This document shows, piece after piece, positions 50,683-61,945 of a stretch of DNA of 64,000 bases; position 1 is the first letter of the stretch; each line of letters begins with the position of its first letter. The notes below the pieces were generated by a model. That model was given only the letters and a program-made list of their open reading frames with translations, was not told the DNA's origin and searched no databases. The stretch spans positions 79,649-143,648 of the forward strand of contig JAUCBJ010007224.1 in NCBI GenBank assembly GCA_032718475.1, given 5' to 3'. The stretch comes from Nemertoderma westbladi. Its lineage: Eukaryota; Animalia; Xenacoelomorpha. Position numbers and translations under genes: made by a program.

Positions 50683-53062
50683 AACAAAGTGATATCTACG
50701 ATTTCAAGAAACTATGTAAGGTTCTTATTGTTAACCGTCGTGTAATAAGTGACATTAGTGTCAATGATACAGTCGAAAAACAGATCAGTGTAAAGGTTGG
50801 TGTAGGGAGTGGTGGACAGGTGAATGGTGAACGAAGGTGTGAACGAATAGGTGAATGTAGTGGTGAACAGTTCGTTGAAGAAAGGGGTGGATGTATTGGT
50901 GGACGGAGTGGTGAACAGGTCATTGAAGAAAGGGGTGGATGTATTGGTGAACGGAGTTTTGAACAGGTCGGTGAAGAAAGGGGTAGACTTATTGGTGGAC
51001 GGAGTGGTGAACATGTCGTTGAACAAAGGGGTGGATGTATTGGTGGACGGAGTGGTGAACAGGTCGGTGAAGAAAAGGGTAGACTTATTGGTGGACGGAG
51101 TTGTGAACAGATCGTTGAACAAAGGGGTGGATGTATTGGTGGACGGAGTGGTGAACAGGTCGGTGAAGAAAAGGGTAGACTTATTGGTGGACGGAGTTGT
51201 GAACAGGTCGTTGAACAAAGGGGTAAATGTATTGGTGGACGGAGTGGTGAACAGGTCGTTGAACAAAGGGGTGGATGTATTGGTGGACGGAGTGGTGAAC
51301 AGGTCGTTGAAGAAAGGGGTGGATGTATTGGTGGACGGAGTTTTGAACAGGTCGGTGAAGAAAGGGGTAGACTTATTGGTGGACGGAGTGGTGAACAGGT
51401 CGTTGAACAAAGGGGTGGATGTATTGGTGGACGGAGTGGTCAACAGGTCGTTGAACAAAGGCGTGGATGTATTGGTGGACGGAGTGATGAACAGGTCGTT
51501 GAACAAAGGGGTGGATGTATTGGTGGACGGAGTGGTGAACAGGTCGTTGAAGAAAGGGGTGGATGTATTGGTGGATCGGAGTTTTGAACAGGTCGGTGAA
51601 GAAAGGGGTAGACTTATTGGTGGACGGAGTGGTGAACAGGTCGTTGAACAAAGGGGTGGATGTATTGGTGGACGGTGTGGTAAACAGGTCGTTGAACAAA
51701 GGGGTGGATGTATTGGTGGACGGAGTGGTAAACAGGTCGTTGAACAAAGGGGTGGATGTATTGGTGGACGGAGTGGTGAACAGGTCGTTGAAGAAAGGGG
51801 TGGATGTATTGGTGGACGGAGTGGTGAACAGGTCGTTGAACAAAGGGGTGGATGTATTGGTGGACGGAGTGGGAACAGGTCGTTGAAGAAAGGGGTGGAT
51901 GTATTGGTGGGCGGAGTTTTGAACAGATCGGTGAAGAAAGGGGTAGACTTATTGGTGGACGGAGTGGTGAACAGGTCGTTGAACAAAGGGGTGGATGTTT
52001 TGGTGGACTGTGTGGTAAACAGGTCGTTGAACAAAGGGGTGGATGTATTGGTGGACGGAGTGGTGAACAGGTCGTTGAAGAAAGGGGTGGACGTATTGGT
52101 GGACGGAGTGGTGAACAGGTCGGTGACCAAATTGGTAAAATGATCAATAAACGGAGCTGTAAAAAACAGAAAAAACAGTTTGTTAACTGGCTTAAGGTCA
52201 AATGGATGAGGTTTCAGAAAACAAATACTAACATCATTCAGTTTAAATACAGTTTTAGTGAGGATGAACCATTTAAAGTTGTTGATATTAAACCAAAAGT
52301 TGAAACTAAAGTTGGAGACAGATGCAATCTACGTAGTAAAGGAAAGGGGAAAAAGCAAAATTTTAAAGGAAAAGCTACAGGTAAAGAAGTTTATGCAGCA
52401 GGTAAGAATCTCCCATCTCTGTCTCTCGCTTTCACTGGATTATGGCCCCATAAGATTAGTCTAAAGAAAAACAAAGATTTACTTGATATTTAACTATATA
52501 TGACCTATATATTTTTTTTAAGGTCTTATATAAAAAACAAACTGGGCATATTACGAAACACTGTCGGAATCTCAATTCGTGAATGATGATATCATAGTTG
52601 CGGGAAATGACGAAATTGAAAGTGATTAAACTTTATGTTGGTTTATCTTTAGATAATTTTGTTATAAACAATACAACTATTGAAAAATAACAATAATATT
52701 AAACAACAACAAAACATTTCTTTGTATAATTGTATATTACTCCTAATAATTCGGAGGGGGGGGGGGGGGGGGGGGGGGCATTGCGAAACTTCTTGGAAAA
52801 AAAGTTAGTAAAATGTCCTATGTCGCATTAAAATATAATTTGGTAAAACGTCCTATGTTGCAAATTTGTCAAAAAGCCCTACAAGGAGGCTGTTTATCTG
52901 TATTTCTGGTCTCAGAAAACGATTCAACACCCTTTTAAAGTTAGAAAGAGAAATAAGACAGTGTAAATGTGCATTTTGTTTTGTTAAAATAGTAAACAAA
53001 AAAAGTGTTTTCTCAGAACAACTTTTTTAGACTTAGGACGTTTTACCACCCGCCCCACGATA
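50683..53062 (+). mobile_element. 3' part of a Sola1-like DNA transposon (transposase C-terminus plus right end)
   Basis: DIYDFKKL..NR [repeat] VNWLKVKWMRFQK..FKYSF..KISLKKNKDLL..WAYYETL; end-like sequence ttaggacgttttaccacccgccccacgata. Confidence 0.55.
50860..52130. repeat. 48-bp minisatellite, about 26 copies
   Basis: Unit gtggatgtattggtggacggagtggtgaacaggtcgttgaacaaaggg; +1 indel near 51576 and -1 indel near 51871. Confidence 0.95.
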
Positions 53063-54989
53063 TGTACTTACTTGGAAAAACATTGGCACACTATAGTTTA
53101 TGAGACGGTAACAATACCTGCAATATCTTACTGTAAAGTTTGTAAATCAAATCATAAATCCGACCTTCTCACCAAAACAGTAAACTCTAAGTAAGCGAAT
53201 ATATTGCAGTATCGATCTCTTATAACCGGTGAGGCAGAAAACAGTCTACGAGCAGACAAACTTCGATAAAACAAAATCCCGCGCAGCGAATCCTAAAATC
53301 AGGCTGACTCACTGGCGGACTAAGAGGCTCGTACACTTTGCCGCGGTGTGATTTATATGGTTGGGCGAAGAGACGCTAGCTAGGTACAGACAGAGATTTG
53401 GAGATGTCTAACTAGCGGGCAAAGTACAGTACGGACAAAAGTTAAATTTTATATATTTTGAGGTGTAAATAATTTCTAACGCGCGTGTGTTAATTCTGAA
53501 CGGTCAAAACAGTTTTGCTCCTTCACATATATAATTACTGGGTACGGTGTGCATTTTACGAATATTCTAATTTTGTAACTTGTAGGTCCAATACTCACGA
53601 ATGATAAGGTTCCTTCCCCTCTTGCGTATTTCCAGGACTCAAATTCAGGCATAAGGTTAATGCTACGCCCAGAATTCGGCAATTTTAGGTACCAGGTCCC
53701 TGATACTAAGAAGAGATGTGTTAGTTTACTACTGTAGGCGTACAGTTACTAATAGCTATCCTGGCGTCCTATCTAGAATTTTAGTCACCCAGGTAGTCCA
53801 GGTAACTTCCTATTAGGGCGTTGGCGGGGACACGGTAGATGTTAGTATCCCTAATAGCCTCAATTTATTTGCGCCTAGTTGTAAACTGCCCTACCGCCTG
53901 AACGGTACAATCCTAATTCAGGTGAAACACAACGACCCTCCTAGCCTACAAGTTCTAATGCAATGGACACCGTTGCACTGCAAATAGTCGCAAACGCACC
54001 TGTACTTAGCAAGAGTTAGGCGTACAGTTTGCTGCACCCTACCAATTTGTATGCTTCGTACCGGTGTGCCTACGTCCTATCTGCGTACTAGTATCTGCCT
54101 GCGCTCTCCCCCCCCGTAGGAATGTGAAGGTCTACTGTGGTTTTTCCTGAATTAAGACAGTACAGTCCCTAAGATGTAATTTTAGGCTCACAGCGTGTCA
54201 CTACTTCTACCTTTTGATCTTTGGTCTTACTCTTAGGTAGCAAGGCATCGAACGCTGTCTAACCTTTCAGGCGATGGGCGAATAACTCAAGATGGTATTG
54301 CGGGTTGTCTCTTGTCTACATTCCCGTGATGTTCCCGTTCATTGCTGCGGCCCGATCTCTAGCTGGCCATCCTGTCCCTTAGCTGGGTTCACCGTAGTGA
54401 ATCATGGTGAAAGAAAACAGATAGCGGTATTTCTGAATTTATTGCAGATAATAATACAAAATGTAATCTGAATACTAATGACAGAATAAACAAATATTGA
54501 GTAACTAATAAGATCAGAAAGAATATAAGATTGAAATATAGAAATGTGATAACTAATGAACAAATCGCACCTTTATATAGCAAATTTGTGCTGCAATCAA
54601 TCGAGAAAATTCTCGATTGTTCTATAGGTTCTAACGGGTTTTTAAAGATAGCTATTGGTCCAGCTAATATATAACTTGCACGACATTGGTTACAATCAAA
54701 TAACTACAGTCTCATTGGTACAGATAAATGCAATTAATTTGTAGCGGTCAATTTAAATGAGTTGAAATTCTGCACAAAAAATAATTCGCACTTACTAGGA
54801 TTCGAACTCAATACCTACTACACATATAATTTCCAACGCTCTACCGACTGAGCTACTGAACCACTTGACCAATGGGTGTATAAATGATATAACAAATACA
54901 AATGAGGACTCAAAGTAATCTTTTACAAAGTTAATTCGAATAAAATAAAATTTTGAAAATCCACGGCATTTAGGGAATATAATTCTATA
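53063..54989 (-). repeat. Candidate 3' LTR of BEL copy 3
   Basis: Follows the same PPT as copy 2 but begins TAT rather than TGT; TATA-like GCTATATAAAGG at about 54570-54581; no partner in the window. Confidence 0.35.
54794..54862 (-). other. tRNA-like Pol III promoter module (SINE head or tRNA pseudogene)
   Basis: A-box TAGCTCAGTCGG followed by TAGAGC; B-box GAGTTCGAATCC; no intact acceptor or anticodon stems. Confidence 0.6.
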
Positions 54990-55863
54990 CCGCTCCATGA
55001 AAACAGGATATTATCGTGCATAAAATATACGGTTTTCACCAATAATCAATCAAACTATAGAATACTTAGGGCGTACTTACATATTTACAATTAAATTTCA
55101 AACAATACTTCCTTTCTACGTAATGATTCGATACAAAATAATTACAAATTCAAACTTTACGTATTTAAGGCTTTACTAAGTAAGTACAATATAAATCTAA
55201 ATTAAATTCACCAATATAAATCTATTGCATCTCAATATTGCATAAATTCAAACAAATTCAAATAATTACAAATACAAATAAATGAAAATGAGTCTTCCAT
55301 CTACTCTTACTTTCTATTTCACTGTAAATACAAATACTGCTTATAAGATATAAATTGCATAATATTCGGAATAATCACAAATATAAAATATAAATCTTGC
55401 AAATACAAATTCTTACTGAATATAAATCTTACAAAATATAAATCTTTACTAAATATAGATATAAACTGCATAAGTTTAGAATAATATAAACTCCTTTGCA
55501 TGAAACATAAATCTTTCAAATATAAGTTCCTTCTAAATATAAACTTTCTAAATTTCATAAATTCGGAACAATACAAATTGCATAAGTTCGGAATAAACAC
55601 AAATATAAATATAAATTCAAATAAATCACAAATTCACAAGAAAGGCTCACGAGTCTTCCGTCCACCCTTGCCCTCCCTTTTATCGCTTAGTGGATCGAGC
55701 CCTGCCGCGTCCTCGAAAACTGCGCACAGGTGACTTTGCTCGCGATATGGGACTAATGGGGCGAGTCACTGGTTTCGTTTGGACGTTGAGAGACGGTGCG
55801 ACTATTTCCTCGCAAATTCGTCTATTTGGCATCCCAAAACCTCGACCGATTCCTCGTGACCGA

Positions 55864-57491
55864 TCAGTTGTCACTACAGTTGGTAGAACGTCTGGGAACG
55901 CGCGAGAAGCGGACGACGCAGACCCAAGAGTAGCTTGCGCCCCCTTGTTGATCAGCTGGTGTGTGTCCCGATCCTCCTGTTGGTTCTCTAGGAAGCGATA
56001 CCGTATCCCGAGTAACTCGAATGGTCGGCTCAGCTCCCTTGCGTTCTTCTATATTAATAATTTTCTTTAATTGTTGGCCCACTTTCTGGACCCGTATGAT
56101 CCTACCCTGTCCGTCCTCCCGAGGGTGACGTGCAGACGGCGCAACCGGAGTGGCTGGTATATTTGTCGCCTCTAGGACCTCCTCTTCCTCGAATACGCTC
56201 GCTCGTATACGTTTGTGGTAAAACGCGGCTCGGTATGCCCATGCGACGGTTAACCAAGCTCCTTTGTTCCGCTTTTCAGTTCGGAAACGATCGAATTCAC
56301 CATACGTAATGCGATTAACGACTTTCTGAAAATTCCACGTGTTTTTGTTATCCGGGTGAATCTGTAGTAGATACTCGCGCACTACTCGAAATCCACTGTC
56401 GTGGGGTAAAATATCGACAACCTCAATAAGTTCGTCATATTGGGGCATAGCGGAGATATATCCTTCCGACATCATCGTCTGGGGATTTACCGCCCAAAAT
56501 CCAAGATGCGCTCTCATCGGAAACCGTCTTCTTTGTGCCGATACATGTTCGTCGGCCAAATCTTCCCACTCATCGAATAATTTTCTCACGAGTTTTACAG
56601 ATTCGTGTTCATAAGGTATGTCTCTTAGTTGGCATTCAGATGCTCGATGCCCTTTTATATTGCAGTAAGTACATTGAGCCATAAATCTCCAGCAAGTATA
56701 AAAGGTATGAGACCCTTGATCCCCACACCATCCACAGATTAGCTGAGTCGTAGTAATGTGCTTTCCACTGCACTTTGTCATATGATGTCCAGCGACGCCA
56801 CATTTACTACACATCGTATTGGCAGGGTACCACACTCGTTCGTATATAAGATCTCCAATCGGTCGAGCGCTTCCTCCCACACTATAATCGTAATCATCTG
56901 GATCTATGGGTTGGTAGGTTTCTGAAGGTTGTATACAAACTATAGCATCTGTTGCTTCAAGTTGTCGAATCTCCGTCTGAGATTTCTTCGGGAGGTTCCT
57001 TATTATCTCAAGAAGTTCCTCTAAAGGATCGTCAGTGATCGTAGTAGTTACTTCGAAATCATCACCAAGGTGACCGATAGGCGCACGCGTCTGCCGTGAT
57101 TCATCCGTAATCTCCACGATACGTTCTCCTTCATAGGGTAACAATGTAAACATAGATGGTCTTTCGATAAGAGATCCCGCACAGCGAAGATACACGGCTC
57201 GAAATATGCTAAATCCTGCTCGAGTAAAGGCATTGCTGTCTTTGCGAGCTTCGCTGTACTTTCTGATAATTCCTTTATACCAAATATAGTGTAGTACTTG
57301 GCTCCAAATCTTTCGAATGGCGCTGCTGCCTCCTCTTGGATATCATATCCCCATCTCGGCTCTCCTTGTATCCCTTTCTCCATAATTAGAGGTGTAGTTA
57401 CATAATCATTACTACTAGAGGGAATACAACAGAGTTTGTGGTTAGTTGTGAGGAGACGTGAGAGTTTCGTCTGCCTTTTGGGCTTCGACAA
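55864..57491 (-). CDS. Extra BEL 3' ORF with three CCHC zinc knuckles (one frameshift near 57140)
   Basis: 443-aa ORF plus overlapping upstream 147-aa ORF; CSKCGVAGHHMTKC, CGWCGDQGSHTFYTC, CTYCNIKGHRASEC; lies between the integrase stop and the PPT. Confidence 0.75.
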
Positions 57492-58048
57492 CGCTCTAAC
57501 CTCCTACCCATAGCCTAAGATCTAAGGTTTCTTTAATGACACGCTGCTTCTTATCTAAAATTTTTTGCCGAAATAAAAAACGAATTTGGGCTAAACTGGC
57601 TGTGAGTCTAAAATACTCACTTTTTGATCCCAAACTATTATCAGAAAATAAGCAGTCAAGAATTAGTAATAAATATAGGGGAGTCTATTTATTTGATGTA
57701 ACTTATTGAAACAAGACCGTGTAAAATTTAATTAAAATTTTAAGAAAGGCTCGCAAGTCTTCCTCTCTTGTTTCTCTAATTTTAAGTTCCACCCGACTGT
57801 ACCCTGAAATCTATTCACTGGAGAAAATTTTTAAAAATTTTTCAAATCCAAATGGATTGTCTAAAATTTCGAAAATGTCTCAATATTGTGAGTTCCAAGT
57901 AGAATTCCATTTCTTATACCTACAAATCCCGCTCCTATGTGACACATAAGGGTACCACCCTCAATGTTCACATATAAAGACAATGGAATTCTACCGCTGT
58001 CCTTACTACGGTGTACAGGTACATGGAAATCTATTTGTAAACTCCTAA

Positions 58049-61000
58049 TTATTTACTAATACTAGTTGGAGATTTGTAGTCTCCAGACTCATTACGAGTC
58101 TCTTCAAGAAGTACGAGACGTTGAGTCGGTCTGTCTACTGTACGACCGTCAATTGTCCGTACCGTCACAGTTCTTGTCACTCCATCCATAGATGGATGTG
58201 TGGCTAAAATTACACCTGTTATCCAGAAGCGTCTTTTTAGATTCACTTCTGCTAACAGCACGTGATCTCCCGGCTTTAATGCGCGGGTGTTATTGTACCA
58301 TGTTGTTCTGGCAGAAATAGAGGGCAAATAATGGTTTTGCCATATTTCCCAGAATTTGTTAGCCAGTAGTTGCGTGATTTTCCACGCTTTTCTACCGTAG
58401 CTATCGCTTTCTATTGGAATTGAAATAGGTATTAATGTAGTCGGTGCCTGCATAAGCAGGTGTGCCGGTGTCAAAGCAAACTGAGATTGTTTGTCATCGG
58501 GTACTAATACTATTGGTCTAGTATTTAGTATTGCCTCGATTTCAACAAACAATGTTGTCAGTTGGTCGTCTGTCAATATGTGGTTTACTGGAATGACCTT
58601 TGCCATGGCTGTTTTTATAGATCTAATCAATCTCTCCCAGACTCCGCCTCTCCATGGACTATCTGGAGGATTAAACTTCCAAACAATCTTGTGAGGTTGT
58701 AGTTCGTTCGAGATTTGATCATGATCTAATTTCTTAAAGGCTCTAGCAATCTCATTTCGAGCACCAACAAAGTTTGTCCCTTGGTCTGAGTACAAGCATT
58801 TCACTAGTCCGCGTCTAGCGATAAATCGCCGCAATGCTAGTATAAACGCGTTGGTAGAAAGATCCATCACTCGTTCAATGTGAACTGCCCTACTGGACAT
58901 ACATGTGAAAATCAGTCCCCAGCGTTTTACTAGTATACGTCCACGTTTCGTATGTATGGGACCAAAGCAATCAATTCCAGTCTCTGTAAAAGGTGGTCTG
59001 AATGCTTGAAGTCGTGCTTGTGGAAGTTCACTCATTTCTTGGGTACCTATTCTAGAATGTACCTTTTTACAAATAATACACGTACGCGTCACTGAACTTA
59101 ACGCTTTACTGGGTCTAATTAATACAAATCTTGTACGTAAGTAGGAAAGACAGTGGTGTCTTCCAGCGTGTTTCAGATGTAAATGTGCGTCCAGTATCAT
59201 TGCACGTTGTAGTTCGTGGTGTTGCGGTATTATTATTGGGTACCTAAAGTTTGTGTTAAAGTCAATGTTTTGAAGCCGAGATTTATGACAAATTAAGCCA
59301 TTATAAATAATCGGACTCCAACTCAGTATTGGTGACGACTTGATTGGTTGACCTTGATTTATGGATGTGAATTCGCGCGCGAAATATCGCAGTTGGTAAT
59401 GGCGAATTAATTTAATCTCACACCTGTCAATCTCAGCCAATGTAAGTCGACGTGTAAAGTCGCGTTTGCCTTTAACGTATTGTACAAAACGTACAATCCA
59501 CGCTAATTTTCGGCAAGCGTTCGTCCAAGAATCTGTTAAGTTTACAATACGGTCGACGTAAGTATTTGTGACGTCATCAGGTAAGTCAATGGAAAATTTG
59601 GAAGGTTTTGAATTACTAGAAGGGCCCACGGGTCCGCCGGTAAGTATTCCCTTGTTGACTGTTGATCCGTCCGGGTCTACAAGTAATTTGTCCTTCTTCG
59701 TCTTCTTACCTTGATTGTCAGTACTTTGTAAGTCGATCGTTAATGGTGGTTTGAACTCTATGGGGTCAGCAGGTTTCGGTAAACTTGTTTTTCTGCCGAT
59801 ATTAATACCAGGTCTCACCATAGGTTGCAAGTTCGGTATGTCTCTTGAGCGCAGAGTAACACCTGTATTTACATTAGCGTAGGTACTACCCACATCTGTA
59901 ATACATGAGGTTTCACCGTGCTTGTGGTTGCTCAAGTGTGTCAAAATTGGTAGTTTGTCAATACAAGGCCGCTCCAATAGGGAAACTGCGGCTTTACTGT
60001 TAGTCGATACATTACTAATGTCCGGTAGAACATTTTGTGATGTTTCTGACAAAATGTCTAGTCGACTGTCTAGTAATGTGTCTGGCGATACGTCTGGTAA
60101 CGTATCTGGTTGTTTGTCAATAGAAGGCCGCTCCAATAGGGAAACTGCGGCTTTACTATTTGTCAATGTGTTACTAGTGTCTGGTAGAACATTTTGTGAC
60201 ATGTCTGGCAAAACGTCCGGTTGACCATCTAGTAACGTGTCTGGTTGACCGTCTGGCGATATGTCTGGTGTAGAAAGGCTCGCAAGTCTTCGTCTCTTGA
60301 CCTTTGAAGTTATATCTTTCCATTTCGCCTTCGGTTTTTTCTTGAGTTTCGCCGCCGTCGTCCTTTTCTTTGCCTTCCCCTTTTTTGGTTTCTTGATTTC
60401 GGCGTCCTTAGGGATAGTGTTAGATTTGTTGTCGTATAACGGAGGCCAATCTTGTGTCGATTTCTGCAAGAATTGGGGTCCGTGTTGCCAAAATTCTTTG
60501 TTTTCCGGTTTACAGAATTCCTCAGGCATCATTCCTCGCGACGCAATATCAGCTGGGTTTTGTGGTCCGGGACAATGTCGCCAATCCTCTTTTATTGAAC
60601 GGTCTAGAATTTCTGCGCGACGGTTAGCTACGAATGTCTTGAATTCAAGTGTGTCGTTGTTTATGTAAAATAAAACCAACGTCGCGTCAGTCCAATAAAA
60701 TATCTGTAAACTTGACTGTAGTTCTGTCTGTATGAGGTTCACGATGGTGGTTGACAGGGTTGCGGCTTGTAGCTCAGCTCGTGGTGTCGTCATATACTTA
60801 GTAGGCATTGTTTTTGCCTTAGAAGTAATGAGCGAAACATCGAATCCTTCTGAGTCTACTTGTCTGCGCAAGTACGCTGCCACACCAAAACCGTTGTCAC
60901 TGGCGTCAGAAAAACAGTGTAATTCCAAGTTGTCAGGAAATGTTGTTTGTAATGGAAAGTAAACTCTGGGTATGGAATAATCCTCTAGCGAAGATAATTC

Positions 61001-61945
61001 CGCCTCCCAGGTCTTCCATAAGTCCACTTGGTCTGATGAGATCGGCTCGTCCCATGTCAGTCCATCCTTCCAAATACTGCGCATATAAATGCGGGCTTGC
61101 AGTATAATTGGACTGATGAATCCTAATGGATCGAACAATCGGCTCAATTTTGACAAGCATGATCTCTTTGTCAGTGTGTTTTCTTGACTGTCCAGTCTCA
61201 CTTTCACTCGAAAGTTGTCCGTGTTTGGGTCCCAAAAGAGCCCCAACACCTTGGTCGTCGGTAGTGGTTCGAACTCTAGGTCTATGTCACCACCTCCACG
61301 CTCAGTCGTTCCGAATGAGTCTACTAATTCGGCACTGTTTGAGGCGAATTTGGTGAGGTTAAAACCTCCACCCGCTAAGCAGTCCCGTAATTGATGTGCT
61401 ACTGTTGTAGCACGTTCTACTGTGTCGCAACTCTGTAAACCGTCGTCGACGTAAAAGTCACGCTCCACAATCCTAATTATCTCTGGGTCATACAGGTGTT
61501 TCTGATCCCTAGCGGCTTGTTTTAGGGCGTACATCGTGCAGTTTGGGCTGTCCCTGGCACCGAAAACGCGAACTTGCAGTTGGTAAGTCGCCGGTGGTAG
61601 ACTTAAGTCTCCTTCCGGATACCAGAGGAACCTCAAACTGTCTCTGTCTCGCTCTAACGCTCTCACTTGGTGAAACATCGCTTCAACGTCGCAAGTAAAA
61701 GCTACTTGACGCTGACGGAAGCGCATAATCACCCCCATAAGATAATTATTCATATTTGGTCCATCCATCAACTCGCTATTGAGGGACATTCCCTCAAACA
61801 GAGCCGCACAGTCATTGACTACGCGTACTTTGTCTGGTTTGTCGGGGTGTCTCACGTAGTGATGTGGCAAGTAGTACGTCTGGTCAGTCACTCGCTCCGG
61901 GTTAGTCATTCGGATAGCGTATCCCTTAGTCAAATACGTCTCCAT
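58049..61945 (-). CDS. pol: BEL/Pao pol: RT, RNase H, complete integrase
   Basis: FYVDDGL, CFSDAS, NPADIASRG, HHCC, GIDCFGP, YSDQGTNF, GGVWERLI, C-terminal W..G.I..DG..RTV..RPTQRL. Confidence 0.95.
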   Translation of the reverse strand: METYLTKGYAIRMTNPERVTDQTYYLPHHYVRHPDKPDKVRVVNDCAALFEGMSLNSELMDGPNMNNYLMGVIMRFRQRQVAFTCDVEAMFHQVRALERDRDSLRFLWYPEGDLSLPPATYQLQVRVFGARDSPNCTMYALKQAARDQKHLYDPEIIRIVERDFYVDDGLQSCDTVERATTVAHQLRDCLAGGGFNLTKFASNSAELVDSFGTTERGGGDIDLEFEPLPTTKVLGLFWDPNTDNFRVKVRLDSQENTLTKRSCLSKLSRLFDPLGFISPIILQARIYMRSIWKDGLTWDEPISSDQVDLWKTWEAELSSLEDYSIPRVYFPLQTTFPDNLELHCFSDASDNGFGVAAYLRRQVDSEGFDVSLITSKAKTMPTKYMTTPRAELQAATLSTTIVNLIQTELQSSLQIFYWTDATLVLFYINNDTLEFKTFVANRRAEILDRSIKEDWRHCPGPQNPADIASRGMMPEEFCKPENKEFWQHGPQFLQKSTQDWPPLYDNKSNTIPKDAEIKKPKKGKAKKRTTAAKLKKKPKAKWKDITSKVKRRRLASLSTPDISPDGQPDTLLDGQPDVLPDMSQNVLPDTSNTLTNSKAAVSLLERPSIDKQPDTLPDVSPDTLLDSRLDILSETSQNVLPDISNVSTNSKAAVSLLERPCIDKLPILTHLSNHKHGETSCITDVGSTYANVNTGVTLRSRDIPNLQPMVRPGINIGRKTSLPKPADPIEFKPPLTIDLQSTDNQGKKTKKDKLLVDPDGSTVNKGILTGGPVGPSSNSKPSKFSIDLPDDVTNTYVDRIVNLTDSWTNACRKLAWIVRFVQYVKGKRDFTRRLTLAEIDRCEIKLIRHYQLRYFAREFTSINQGQPIKSSPILSWSPIIYNGLICHKSRLQNIDFNTNFRYPIIIPQHHELQRAMILDAHLHLKHAGRHHCLSYLRTRFVLIRPSKALSSVTRTCIICKKVHSRIGTQEMSELPQARLQAFRPPFTETGIDCFGPIHTKRGRILVKRWGLIFTCMSSRAVHIERVMDLSTNAFILALRRFIARRGLVKCLYSDQGTNFVGARNEIARAFKKLDHDQISNELQPHKIVWKFNPPDSPWRGGVWERLIRSIKTAMAKVIPVNHILTDDQLTTLFVEIEAILNTRPIVLVPDDKQSQFALTPAHLLMQAPTTLIPISIPIESDSYGRKAWKITQLLANKFWEIWQNHYLPSISARTTWYNNTRALKPGDHVLLAEVNLKRRFWITGVILATHPSMDGVTRTVTVRTIDGRTVDRPTQRLVLLEETRNESGDYKSPTSISK

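Noticed and set aside
50860-52130. CRISPR-like array or mucin gene
   Set aside because: Units are contiguous with no unique spacers and the context is eukaryotic; the long ORFs in several frames come from a nearly stop-free 48-bp unit.
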